From Nitrospirota bacterium (GTDB lineage: Bacteria; Nitrospirota; Thermodesulfovibrionia; Thermodesulfovibrionales; Dissulfurispiraceae), in assembly GCA_963790025.1 (NCBI GenBank), contig CAWBMP010000004.1:896001-960000 (forward strand): a stretch of 64,000 bases of DNA. The letters run 5' to 3'. Of this stretch, positions 50,851 through 62,142 are shown in pieces. A program made the position numbers and the translations under genes. The notes beneath the pieces were generated by a model that was not told the origin of the DNA, did not search any database, and was given only the letters and a program-made list of their open reading frames with translations. Numbering within the stretch: position 1 is the first letter of the stretch; each line of letters begins with the position of its first letter.

Positions 50851-52642
50851 TCACTCCATCAAAGAGGGAAACAACGGGTCTTTTTTCAGGAGATCATGAA
50901 ATTCTTGGGTGCTTAAAGGCTTGCTGAAGTAATAGCCTTGTACCTCATCGCACTTGTTTGAGCACAGGAACTCGAACTGTTTCAGCGTTTCGACGCCTTC
51001 GGCCACGACTTTGTAGTTGAGTCCATGAGCTAATGCTATTATTGTTTCTACAACTTTGCAATTGTCGGGTCTTTCCAGGCCTGAGATGAAAGATTGATCT
51101 ATCTTGAGTTCGTCTACGGAGAATTGGTTCAGGTAATTCAGGGATGAGTAACCGGTTCCGAAATCATCTATGGAAATGCCTACGCCGGCATCTCTTAGAT
51201 TATTCAGCATAATTATGGTGCCAGGAATGTCCTCGATAAGAGTGGATTCGGTTACCTCCAGCATCAAACAACTGGGATCAAGGTGGGTTTCAGCGAGAAT
51301 ATCCTTAACGACCTGCAAGAAATCGTGATTACGGAACTGCCTGACCGACAGGTTAACCGAGAATCTGCAAAGGTCTGAGTCCCCTGTCCTGCCATTCCTT
51401 ATTCTGTCGGCAGGCCTCTTTCAGGACCCATTCTCCAAGTTGAATGATCAGTCCTGTCTCCTCGGCAAGCGGGATGAAAAGAGCCGGTCTAACCTGGCCC
51501 TGATCGGGATGATACCAGCGTAACAGTGTCTCAATTCCGGCAATACGTCTCGTCTTTATGTCTATCTTTGGCTGGTAATTCAGATGAAACTCCAGTTTGT
51601 CGAGGGCTTTTCTGAACCGCGTTTCAAGAACAAAGCGTTCTACGGTGCTTTTGTTTATATCTTCAGTAAAAAACTTGAAATTATTTTTACCCTGGGCCTT
51701 GGCGTGGTACATGGCGGTGTCGGCATTCTTCAATAAAACGTCCGGGTCATTGCCATCATCGGGGAACATAGTAATGCCGATACTTGCCGAGATATGAAGC
51801 TCGTGACCTGACAGTGAGAACGGATTGGCAAGCAGAGAGTTGAATTTATAGGCTAAATGGGCGGCGCTGTTGGCACTACCTACATCGGGCAGTATAACTA
51901 AGAATTCATCGCCACCCAACCGGGCCACAGTATCGCTTTTGCGAACCACCGATAAAAGCCTCGCGGATGTTTCAACTAGAAGCTGGTCGCCTACGTGATG
52001 GCCGAGCGTGTCATTGATATCTTTGAAGCGGTCAAGGTCAATGAGCATAACGGCTATCAAGTGGCGATACCGAATTCCCAATGCAACTGCCTGTCTCAGT
52101 CGGTCAAACATTAGAGAACGATTCGGAAGTTTTGTGAGCATGTCAAAATGAGCCATGTGCTGCAGCGTCTTTTCGGCATCTTTAAATTTTGTGATATCCC
52201 GAAAAGTTGCAGCATATCCTTTTATTTTGCCGTTTTTATCTTTAAACGCCTCGATTGCAAACCAGGCCACAAAGAATTTATTGCCTTTCTTGCGACACAT
52301 GACCTCACCCTGCCAGATTCCGTCTTTGTTTATGGCATTCCTAATTTTTTCTATTTCGCTTTCCCCCTCTGCATCCAGGAGAAGATCGAACAAGCCAAAT
52401 TTCAGCGTCTCCTTCTTTGAATATCCGGTAAGATTTGAAAATATTTTGTTGAGGGCGGTTATACGCCAAGCGGCGTCCATGCCGGTATAGGCTATTCCGG
52501 CCAACTGAATTGCCCGAAATTCATTTTTGTGGCGGGTTGCTAATTGCTTGAACGCATCAAGTCGGAGCTGCAATTTCAAAAGAAGATTCAGGAGTTCCGA
52601 TTTATTAAGTTTTTTGTATCTGTTGTTAACAGCATCTTTCAT
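50851..52642 (-). pseudogene. PAS-GGDEF-EAL protein split by a +1 frameshift near 51361
   Basis: GGDEF and ETLLRW in 51353..52642; SVNLS.RQF, EVTES, DDFGTGYSSL continue in another frame. Confidence 0.85.
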
Positions 52643-52826
52643 AGATTGCCTATATTAACATGTTTGATTAAGCCAACATAACAGTTAAATGATCAGCACA
52701 GTTAAATGATCAGCGAAGGAACTATTCCCTTGAAGAAGACTGGGCCAGGCATCTCCGGAGCCACTTATAATTCCCGCAATAACTGTAACATTAATATTTC
52801 TTCATCAAAATGGAGTAATATAAATT

Positions 52827-53618
52827 ATGAGGTCAGGTGTTGCTTTTATAGTTTTGTTGGGGCTTGCAATAGTGACTGCTATGCTGGTCATTCTTGGAGG
52901 AGGTAAAAATATGTCTATGCGACATAATTATACTGAAGCAGGCATTGGTCTGCCACCATCAGACCGTCTTATTTCAGGCAAATCCGAAACAGCTACCTTT
53001 GCCCTAGGCTGATTCTGGGGGCCGGACTCCCAGTTTGGGAGCTTGCCAGGAGTTATCCGGACCAGGGTGGGATACGCCGGTGGCACTACGAAGAATCCAA
53101 GTTATCACGATCTTGGAGATCACTCTGAGTCAATCCAGGTTGATTTTGACCCCTCTCGCATCTCGTATAGGGAATTGTTGGATATTTTCTGGAAGAGTCA
53201 CGATCCGACAAGAAATTCATGGTCCCGCCAGTATAGGGCGGCAATATTCTATCACAACGAAGAACAAAGGCTTGCTGCAATGGAAACTAGAGGTCACTTT
53301 GCTTCTGAAACCAAAGGAAAAGTTGCTACTGCCATAGAACCGTATTCAGGATTCAATATTGCCGAAGATTATCACCAAAAGCATAGTTTAAGATTGTATC
53401 CCGAAATAATTAAGGAGTTCACGGCGCGATTTCCTGACGTAAAGAGTCTGATCAATTCAACGGCTGTGACACGTGTCAACGGTTACATCGGCGGATACGG
53501 CTCGTGCGAGTCTCTAAAAAAAGAGATAGAGGAGTTCGGACTTTCACACAGCGCGACGGACCTATTGACCTCTGTAGTTTGCGGTCGCAAAACACCAATT
53601 GTTTGTCCGGTTCGCTAA
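52827..53618 (+). CDS. msrA: Peptide-methionine (S)-S-oxide reductase with in-frame TGA at the catalytic position (probable selenoprotein)
   Basis: ATFALG-TGA(53010..53012)-FWG continues in frame to GYAGG, HSE, QYR..IF, AEDYHQK. Confidence 0.88.
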
Positions 53619-53623
53619 AGGAA

Positions 53624-53869
53624 TTACCCTTTGTCAACATTTAACAGCTCCTTTTGGTCAGGCATTTGCTCCTGCGCCTTCCTGAGAAGCTCAACAAGGT
53701 CCTCAATTTTGTTAGGTGAAATTGCAATGCCCTTTTTTGTTGGCACCCACTCCCCCATGTCATCCTTATAGTGCGCCCGCACGTCAAGAAAGCAGACGCC
53801 CTTGTATGTCTCCCATCTGATCCGTATTTTCTCCTTCGAGTTTTTATCAATCTCCCCGACTAACGTCAT
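53624..53869 (-). CDS. PC4/YdbC-like ssDNA-binding protein
   Basis: YKG..FLDVR......W.PTKKGI. Confidence 0.88.
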   Translation of the reverse strand: MTLVGEIDKNSKEKIRIRWETYKGVCFLDVRAHYKDDMGEWVPTKKGIAISPNKIEDLVELLRKAQEQMPDQKELLNVDKG

Positions 53870-53916
53870 TCCTCAACCTCCCCATTGTACGAAGTATAAT
53901 GAAAGTTAAACCTATA

Positions 53917-53999
53917 CCGGCGGTTTTATCAATCAGAAAAATAGAAGCATGAAATCAGGAAATTCCCGATACAGACAATTGATGGTCTGAAATGTGTCG
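53917..53999 (-). promoter_or_regulatory. Regulatory module, inverted copy of 57143..57226
   Basis: Contains ATCAGGAAATTCCCGAT; lies upstream of the PC4-like gene. Confidence 0.7.
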
Positions 54000-54020
54000 C
54001 CAACAGTAGTTCGACGGGTA

Positions 54021-54671
54021 TTAAAGCGAGGTTAGTCCCTCTTTTATGGCATATCTGGTAAGTTCGGCCACGCTGTGAACGTTAAGTTTGTTGAAAATAT
54101 TCTGCCGTTGTGTCTCAATGGTCTTCGGGCTCACCTGCAGAAGTGCTGCAATCTCCTTTATGGACTTCCCTTCCGAAATAAGCTGTAATACTTCGCGCTC
54201 CCTGTTTGTAAGAATGGAAAAGGCCGAGGGCGGAGTTTCCTCCCCGGATTGCTGGAGAAAGTCTTTCATGAAAAAGGTTGCCACAATGGGGCTTAAATAT
54301 ACCTGATCTTTTAAAACCGCATGAATGGCATAAACCAGCTCTTCCGAAGCGCAATCCTTGATGATATAGGCTGAGGACCCTGCATTGAACATTTCGGTCG
54401 CAAAATTCTTATTGGAAAGCATTGACAGCGCAATAACCTTAGTGTGAGGATTATTGGCGATGATCATTCTCGTTGCTTCTATTCCATTTAATTCAGGCAT
54501 ACTTACATCCATGATCACTATGTCCGGAGAGAGTTCTTGAGAGAGCCCTACAGCTGTCCTTCCGTCACCCGCCTCGGCAACAACTTCAAAGTCATCTTGC
54601 TTCTCAAGCAGTGCGCGAAGGCCCTCACGCATGATCCTGTGGTCATCGGCAATTAGAATTTTTGTAATCAT
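54021..54671 (-). CDS. NarL/LuxR-family response regulator
   Basis: ADDH, MDVSMP.LNG, LTNREREVL, SPKTIE. Confidence 0.95.
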   Translation of the reverse strand: MITKILIADDHRIMREGLRALLEKQDDFEVVAEAGDGRTAVGLSQELSPDIVIMDVSMPELNGIEATRMIIANNPHTKVIALSMLSNKNFATEMFNAGSSAYIIKDCASEELVYAIHAVLKDQVYLSPIVATFFMKDFLQQSGEETPPSAFSILTNREREVLQLISEGKSIKEIAALLQVSPKTIETQRQNIFNKLNVHSVAELTRYAIKEGLTSL

Positions 54672-54683
54672 ACCATCTCTCTT

Positions 54684-55763
54684 TCATAAAGGAACGACTA
54701 CGGTGCAACAGGTCCCACATTCAGGTTCAGAAACTATCTCAAACTTACCTCTGAGATAATTTATTCGCTCCTGTATGATAAATAATCCAAGGCTTCCTTT
54801 TCTACTATAATTATCATTCGAGGTATCCATACCGACTCCCTCGTCTTTGACCTCGATTCGCAGGCTGTTGCCATCGCTTGTCATAGTGATTCGAGCCATC
54901 CGTGTATTCGCATGTTTGACAATATTTATTAACAGCTCATGTATCGTTTTGAAAAGAAGAATACTTGTTTCACTGTCCAACTGCCTGTGTATTTTATCGC
55001 AGGTAAATTCAATCACGGTCCCATGCTTTTCTTTAAAATGTTCGCAGAGCCAGTTTATGGCCGCAATCAAACCCAATTTATGCAGGATGGGAGAACTGAG
55101 CTCAAAAGATAATGATCTTGTAAATTGTATCGACTGCTCAATCAACTCTCTGATCTCGTTCAATTCATTGGAGATATGGACGCCGGAAGTGGATTGTTGC
55201 AGCGAAATTAGTTTGATTTTTGACAGAGCTAGGGTTTGGCCGATATTATCGTGCAGTTCCTCGGATATTTGTTTTCTTTTTTGTTCTTCCAGTAATGATA
55301 ATCTTTGCATAAGCATTTGGAGGCTTTTTTGATACGTGAGAATTTTTTCCTCGACCAGTTTGCGTTCGTTCACTTCCGCAATTAAAGCGGTAGTTCTCTC
55401 TTCTATCTTTTCTTCCAGATGTTCGTTGAGCATTTTGACATTTGAAAGAAGAAAGACAATACTAATAAAAACGCTCAATTTAAGCACTGCATTTAGATAG
55501 GGGATACCGGGGCTTGAATAGTGTACGTTCCACAGTAACTCGGCGCAAAGCCATGTAAGTGTGCCGGCAACGGCTATTAATATCCCGGCCCTTTTCCCAA
55601 CAAACCAGACCGCAAAGGCAACGGGCAGCATATAAAAAACTGCTAAACTAATCTCTGTGCCTGTTATGTAATCAATGAAGCCGATGAAAAAAACCCAAAC
55701 TAATGACAGAAACGTGAGAAATGCAGCGCTTTGTCTGATGAGATATTTTAATAAACGTTTCAT
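54684..55763 (-). CDS. Membrane sensor histidine kinase (HisKA_3 type)
   Basis: TM helices, ELHDNIGQ, NIVKHA, DEGVG, GLF.I.ER. Confidence 0.92.
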   Translation of the reverse strand: MKRLLKYLIRQSAAFLTFLSLVWVFFIGFIDYITGTEISLAVFYMLPVAFAVWFVGKRAGILIAVAGTLTWLCAELLWNVHYSSPGIPYLNAVLKLSVFISIVFLLSNVKMLNEHLEEKIEERTTALIAEVNERKLVEEKILTYQKSLQMLMQRLSLLEEQKRKQISEELHDNIGQTLALSKIKLISLQQSTSGVHISNELNEIRELIEQSIQFTRSLSFELSSPILHKLGLIAAINWLCEHFKEKHGTVIEFTCDKIHRQLDSETSILLFKTIHELLINIVKHANTRMARITMTSDGNSLRIEVKDEGVGMDTSNDNYSRKGSLGLFIIQERINYLRGKFEIVSEPECGTCCTVVVPL

Positions 55764-55924
55764 AAGAAATTAGTCGGTATATCGCACTTATCTCTTAGTA
55801 TCATGCTACTTTATAATACTACAAATCCGGCCCTTTCTCCTGCACGACCTTATTCACACTTCGAATTATCAATTGACCAAAGCATTGCTAGCCCCTGTTT
55901 TGTTACAATGACAAAGCAGGATAG

Positions 55925-56671
55925 ATGAGAGGCATGGAGACTAAATACGATTGGATATACGGCGTTAATCCCGTTACGGAAGCGATTAAATCGGGGCGGA
56001 AGATCGATATGTTATATGTCCAGCTTCAGAGTCAGAAGCACCTCAGCACTATCATTGAGGCGGCAAAATCTAAAGGCACTCCGGTGAAGCTCGAAACAAA
56101 AGAGTTTTTCGATGGCAGATTTCAAAAAGGCCATCAGGGTATCGCCGTCATAACGCGCAGGAAGGAAAAACTGCACATTGAGGAATTATTGGACATCCCC
56201 GGCAAAAAAGGCGAAGTACCCTTTTTTATCATCCTTGACACGATAGAGGACCCGAGGAATTTCGGTGCGATACTCAGGGTTGCGGATGCAGCGGGGGCAC
56301 ATGGGATTGTTTTTCAGTCGCGCAGGTCAGCGAGCATTACCCCTGTGGTGGCAAAGGCTTCGGCAGGAGCGATTGAACACGTAAACCTCGCTGAGACAGT
56401 CAACATAAAGCATGCCATGGAAAAAATGAGAAAGGCCGGCATCGTTTTAATCGGTGCAGAAGCTGGGGCAGGCAGAGCGCCCTGGGTCATAGATATGCGG
56501 GTCCCGCTGGCCCTTATTGTCGGCTCTGAAGGAGAAGGCTTGCGGCGTACTGTGCGTGAGATGTGCGATATGACGGTCAGCCTCCCCCTGAAAGGCACAG
56601 TCAACTCACTTAATGTATCGGTTGCTACGGGCATCCTCGCCTATGAGGTTATGCGTCAAAGGAAAGCCTGA
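55925..56671 (+). CDS. rlmB: 23S rRNA Gm2251 methyltransferase
   Basis: HQGI, DPRNFGAILR, GSEGEGL, SLNVSVA. Confidence 0.92.
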   Translation: MRGMETKYDWIYGVNPVTEAIKSGRKIDMLYVQLQSQKHLSTIIEAAKSKGTPVKLETKEFFDGRFQKGHQGIAVITRRKEKLHIEELLDIPGKKGEVPFFIILDTIEDPRNFGAILRVADAAGAHGIVFQSRRSASITPVVAKASAGAIEHVNLAETVNIKHAMEKMRKAGIVLIGAEAGAGRAPWVIDMRVPLALIVGSEGEGLRRTVREMCDMTVSLPLKGTVNSLNVSVATGILAYEVMRQRKA

Positions 56672-56685
56672 GAGGAGGTTTATAC

Positions 56686-57033
56686 ATGTCTGTGGAATAT
56701 TATATTCACCGCGTACCCGGCAGGTTAAGAATACGGACGCCTTTGTTGCACGGCAATCCGCAAAAGACCGATGAGTTTACAAAAAACATGAAGAATGTAA
56801 GTGGTATTCTGTCCCTTAAGATCAATCCTCTCACGGGCAGCGCCCTTTTGCTGTATGATGAAAAGACAATAAACTGCGAACAGCTCATCGGCATTCTTGA
56901 AAAATACGGCTACTTTGATCTCGCCAAATCTACGACCAGCGATCAACTTGTCGAGCACATTTCGGAAAAAGCGCTCGGAGTAGCGGAAGAAATAATAGTC
57001 ACGGTCATGGATGGCGGCGTTCCCGAGGGATAA
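56686..57033 (+). CDS. HMA2-like domain protein
   Basis: H.VPGRLRIR, NPLTGSALLLYD. Confidence 0.8.
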   Translation: MSVEYYIHRVPGRLRIRTPLLHGNPQKTDEFTKNMKNVSGILSLKINPLTGSALLLYDEKTINCEQLIGILEKYGYFDLAKSTTSDQLVEHISEKALGVAEEIIVTVMDGGVPEG

Positions 57034-57142
57034 GTTCGATATGCCGACAAATTTATTATGAAAAGTTTAATAAAATATATCAATAGACGAAACGCTGCAT
57101 TTCTCACGTATCTGTAATTAGTTTGAGCTAATGTATCATTTC

Positions 57143-57226
57143 CGACACACTTCAGGCCTATCAATTATCTGTATCGGGAATTTCCTGATCTCAGGCTTCT
57201 GTTTTCCTGATTGATACCTGCCCCGG
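57143..57226 (+). promoter_or_regulatory. Regulatory module, inverted copy of 53917..53999
   Basis: ATCGGGAATTTCCTGAT plus second TTTTCCTGAT site; upstream of 57310. Confidence 0.7.
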
Positions 57227-57309
57227 AATAGTTTTATTTTAAAATTTTACGTCTCATGATCAAAAAGATATTATTAATGCCGCATAAAATACGATTTGGG
57301 GAATAAGGC

Positions 57310-58218
57310 ATGGGAATAACAAGAGGCGCGTCAAAATTACTGGCAATAACGCTTAGAGACAAGGTTTTGTCCGGCAGTGTTATTACCTTAGGAGTTCTTG
57401 GCATCCAAAACACATATGACGAACTTGTAAAGACTTTTAGTGCAACAAATTTTAATTATACGGCGCTGAGACCGGATGAGATTATAGCTGACAATCTCAC
57501 ACAATGGAAAGATACCGTCCATCAGAGTGTTTTTTTTAAAATGCTGGGGTTCAATAACATTGACAGCATCGACTATTTTCCCGATGAAAATCCAACCTTT
57601 GTGTATGATCTGAACAAACCCTTGCCTCCGGAATTATACGGCAAATACGATTTGGTATACGATGGCGGAACAACCGAACACTGTTTTGATGTAAAGCAGG
57701 TCTTGACCAATGCCGTCAATTTGGCGAAAGTGGGTGGAATGATCATACATCATTTGCCCATGAACAAGTCGATAGATCATGGTTTTTATCAGTTTTCACC
57801 CACATGGTTTTTTGATTTTTATGGAACTAATGGTTTTACTGACATGGAAATGAAGATACACTTCCAGAATTCGGCAAAGGAGCTTTATTTCACCTATGAC
57901 CCGCGAAAAGACAGGGCGCTTCCTTTTTCATTTGGCTATGACGCTGTTTATGCATTCTTCAGCGCCAGGAAAAAATCTGACCAGCCGGTCATTAATCCAA
58001 TACAAAGTACCTACAGGAAAGCGTTTGGTGATCTAAAACCTGTTACGACTGGAAAAGAGATCAAAAAGTCCCCCTGGAAGAGACTTAAGTATCAGGTCTT
58101 AAAGGCGATATTCGCTGAAAATCATGTCGCAATAAAAAAGAAAATAGACTATTGGGTGGACAAAAGAAGGCTGCGCCGAAGAGTTGCAAGGATCAAACGG
58201 AATGCCATACCCCTTTAA
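57310..58218 (+). CDS. Class I SAM-dependent methyltransferase-like protein
   Basis: DLNKPL, YDLVYDGGTTEHCFD, KVGG.IIH, HGFYQFSP. Confidence 0.7.
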   Translation: MGITRGASKLLAITLRDKVLSGSVITLGVLGIQNTYDELVKTFSATNFNYTALRPDEIIADNLTQWKDTVHQSVFFKMLGFNNIDSIDYFPDENPTFVYDLNKPLPPELYGKYDLVYDGGTTEHCFDVKQVLTNAVNLAKVGGMIIHHLPMNKSIDHGFYQFSPTWFFDFYGTNGFTDMEMKIHFQNSAKELYFTYDPRKDRALPFSFGYDAVYAFFSARKKSDQPVINPIQSTYRKAFGDLKPVTTGKEIKKSPWKRLKYQVLKAIFAENHVAIKKKIDYWVDKRRLRRRVARIKRNAIPL

Positions 58219-58223
58219 AACGC

Positions 58224-59369
58224 TCAGCGGCAGAGCGTTGCCAGTGACAAAAATGCGACCGCAATAGAAGCAAAACATGCGACCAGTACTCCCGGCCAGC
58301 CGTAAGCATCCCATAAAAAACCCGGCAAAAGGGCCCCGGCGCTTCCTCCGATGTAGTATGAAAACAGGTACAGCGACGTGGCCGAGCCCTTGCTCGACGT
58401 TGCATTGTCGCCTATGAAAGCGCCGGCAGCGGGTTGTATGGAAAACAGGCCCGCACATAGCAGCAGCAGACCGAAAATGATTACCGGCAGGGAATGGATT
58501 ATGGTAAGGGAAATGCCCAGCGCAGCTATAAACAACCCGGACCCCATAACCGCCCTCCGGCCGAATCGCCCGGAGAGCGAGCCGGCAACAGGTGAAAGTA
58601 CTCCCGAAACATATACGGTGAAAATGAGCCCGAGGGCAACCGTTGAGAGATTGAATGGCGGAGCGCTGAGATAAAACGTGACGTAAGTAAAGGCACCCGT
58701 AAATGTGAAGAACAACATAAAGGCTATTATAAAGGCCCCTGTCAATCTCCTGTTTTTGAAATGTTTGAACATTTCCCTATAGGCGTTATGCAGACCGGCA
58801 CTGCGTTTGAAGTTTTTGGATGCCGGCAGAAAACGAAACAGCAGCCATGATCCCAGTAAATTCAATATACCGAATACAATGAAGGTAATTCTCCAGTTGA
58901 AAATCCCTGCCAGCACGCCGCTCAGTACCCTTCCCAAAAAACCTGCTGTAACCATGCCACTGACATACACTCCCATCATTCTGCCCACTATTGCCGACGA
59001 AAATTCTTCATTTATATAGGCCATTGCAATGGCAGCTATTCCGGCCACGAAGAGTCCCTGTATGGTCCGCAGCAATAAAAAAGCAGTAAAATCATGGGTA
59101 AATGCAATTGCTAGTGTAGGGACCACCAGCAAAAAGCCGGTTGCAACCATTACAGGTTTACGTCCAACATAGTCGGAAGCGGGGCCATAGACGAGCAATG
59201 CAAGAGCGAGTGCAAGGATGTTGAGAGATACCGCCAGACTCGCAACGGTGTGACTCACGCCAAAACTGACGCTTAAAAGCGGCAGAATAGGCTGGGCGAC
59301 ATATATATCGGATATAATCGCCACAGTTGCAAACCAGAGCGTAGCGATCGCCACCTTGCCTTGATTCAC
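58224..59369 (-). CDS. MFS transporter (YnfM-like)
   Basis: QPILP, SDYVGRKP, AYINEE, YYIGGS; 12 TM pattern. Confidence 0.9.
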   Translation of the reverse strand: MNQGKVAIATLWFATVAIISDIYVAQPILPLLSVSFGVSHTVASLAVSLNILALALALLVYGPASDYVGRKPVMVATGFLLVVPTLAIAFTHDFTAFLLLRTIQGLFVAGIAAIAMAYINEEFSSAIVGRMMGVYVSGMVTAGFLGRVLSGVLAGIFNWRITFIVFGILNLLGSWLLFRFLPASKNFKRSAGLHNAYREMFKHFKNRRLTGAFIIAFMLFFTFTGAFTYVTFYLSAPPFNLSTVALGLIFTVYVSGVLSPVAGSLSGRFGRRAVMGSGLFIAALGISLTIIHSLPVIIFGLLLLCAGLFSIQPAAGAFIGDNATSSKGSATSLYLFSYYIGGSAGALLPGFLWDAYGWPGVLVACFASIAVAFLSLATLCR

Positions 59370-59478
59370 ATCATTTATATTCAGCGGTGTATCACAGCAA
59401 GTTTATTGTTCATTTTATTACTGTGTCCTTTTTGATCTGCAGAATGCTTCGCACCCTTATTATAACCAATCTAAGTAC

Positions 59479-59652
59479 TGCAGAACATGGCATGTCCGTT
59501 TTTCGGCAAAATATCACGGGTCTATTGTAACGGGGACGAGTAACGCCGAGTCCCAACACCTGCATTACTGCTCATTAGTCTGCAATAAAATTATTTGGAT
59601 TGGAAGGATGGTAGTTTTATTTTGCTGAAAAACTGACATGCCATGTTCTGCA
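59479..59652. repeat. 35-bp inverted repeat pair (2 mismatches) enclosing 104 bp
   Basis: TGCAGAACATGGCATGTCCGTTTTTCGGCAAAATA (59479..59513) vs TATTTTGCTGAAAAACTGACATGCCATGTTCTGCA (59618..59652). Confidence 0.92.
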
Positions 59653-59770
59653 CCACCCCTGACGTAACATTGTCTATATTAATACTATTTTGTTAGTTTT
59701 AATTCATTATTGTCGTTAAGCCAAAAAGCCTCTCTTATTTTTTTCTCTTAATTTCAAGCAGTATCGCTGC

Positions 59771-59786
59771 TGGCATGGTGATTGCT
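59771..59786 (+). promoter_or_regulatory. Sigma54 (-24/-12) promoter of nifH
   Basis: TGGCATGGTGATTGCT, GG-N10-GC. Confidence 0.9.
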
Positions 59787-59806
59787 TCTATGGGAATCAA
59801 TTGTAA

Positions 59807-60667
<861 letters not shown>

Positions 60668-60676
60668 GGAGGAACT

Positions 60677-62137
60677 ATGAGCTCGGCAATTAAAGATACA
60701 CAGAAAATGATAGAGGAAATTCTGGATGCCTATCCGGAGAAAGCGAAAAAGGACAGGGCGAAGCATCTGGCTGCCAACGATCCGACCGGCCAGTGCAGCA
60801 CCTGCCAGGTCAAGTCGAACGTAAAATCGAGACCGGGCGTCATGACAGTCAGAGGATGCGCTTTCGCGGGCGCGAAAGGTGTGGTCTGGGGTCCGGTAAA
60901 AGACCAGATCACTATCAGCCACGGCCCCATCGGCTGCGGACAGTACAGTTGGTGGGCCAGGAGAAACTACTATAACGGACAGACCGGCGTAGACACCTTC
61001 GGCACTATGCATATCACTACGGACTTCCAGGAAAAAGACATAGTGTACGGTGGAGATAAAGGACTCGACGGTGCACTCCATGAGCTGAAAGAGCTTTTTC
61101 CCCTTGCCAAGGGGATAGGTATCCTCTCCGAATGTCCTGTAGGCCTCATCGGTGACGATATTGAATCGGTCGCAAAAAAGGTGCAAAAGGAATTCAAGAT
61201 ACCTATTGTGCCGGTGAGATGTGAGGGATTCAGAGGGGTAAGCCAGTCACTCGGTCATCACATTGCCAACGATACTATAAGAGACCACGTGCTCGGCAAA
61301 GGCCGCCTGGAAAAGAAAACGCCCTACGATGTGGCGCTGATCGGCGACTACAACATAGGAGGCGACGCGTGGGCATCACGGAAGATGCTGGAAGAGATGG
61401 GGTTGAGGGTAATCGCGCAGTGGACAGGCGATGCATCTGTCAATGAGATGGGTATAGCACACATGTCAAAACTTAACCTTATCCACTGCTACCGTTCCAT
61501 GAACTACATATGCAGGCACATGGAAGAGCAGTACGGCACCCCGTGGGCCGAGTTCAACTTCTTCGGCCCGACCAAGATATACCAGAGCCTGAGGAAGATC
61601 GCCTCTTATTTTGATGATACGATCAAGGAAAATGCGGAGAAAATGATCGCTAAATACAAACCTATTATGGATAAGGTCATCGAGCAATTCAAGCCGAAGC
61701 TCGAAGGCAAAAAAGTAATGCTTTATGTAGGGGGCTTGCGGCCGAGACACACGATCGGCGCCTATGAAGACCTCGGCATGGAGGTCATTGCCTCGGGATA
61801 TGAATTCGGGCACAATGATGATTACAAAAGGACCTATCCCGATCTGAAGGAGGGCGCCGTAATAATGGATGACGCTACACTTTATGAAATGGAGGAATTC
61901 ACCAGAAGACTCAAACCCGATATGGTCGGTTCCGGAATAAAGGAGAAATACTCTTACCATAAGCTGGGAGTACCATTCAGGCAGATGCACTCCTGGGATT
62001 ACTCGGGACCCTATCACGGCTTTGACGGCTTTCCGGTTTTCGCCCGGGACATGGACATGACGGTGAACAGTCCGACATGGAAATTAATAAGAAAACGCGG
62101 GGTCCCCAGGAAGTCCGGGGACTTAGTGGGGAGGTAG
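60677..62137 (+). CDS. nifD: Nitrogenase MoFe protein alpha chain
   Basis: [33 protein letters not shown]. Confidence 0.98.
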   Translation: MSSAIKDTQKMIEEILDAYPEKAKKDRAKHLAANDPTGQCSTCQVKSNVKSRPGVMTVRGCAFAGAKGVVWGPVKDQITISHGPIGCGQYSWWARRNYYNGQTGVDTFGTMHITTDFQEKDIVYGGDKGLDGALHELKELFPLAKGIGILSECPVGLIGDDIESVAKKVQKEFKIPIVPVRCEGFRGVSQSLGHHIANDTIRDHVLGKGRLEKKTPYDVALIGDYNIGGDAWASRKMLEEMGLRVIAQWTGDASVNEMGIAHMSKLNLIHCYRSMNYICRHMEEQYGTPWAEFNFFGPTKIYQSLRKIASYFDDTIKENAEKMIAKYKPIMDKVIEQFKPKLEGKKVMLYVGGLRPRHTIGAYEDLGMEVIASGYEFGHNDDYKRTYPDLKEGAVIMDDATLYEMEEFTRRLKPDMVGSGIKEKYSYHKLGVPFRQMHSWDYSGPYHGFDGFPVFARDMDMTVNSPTWKLIRKRGVPRKSGDLVGR

Positions 62138-62142
62138 TTAAA

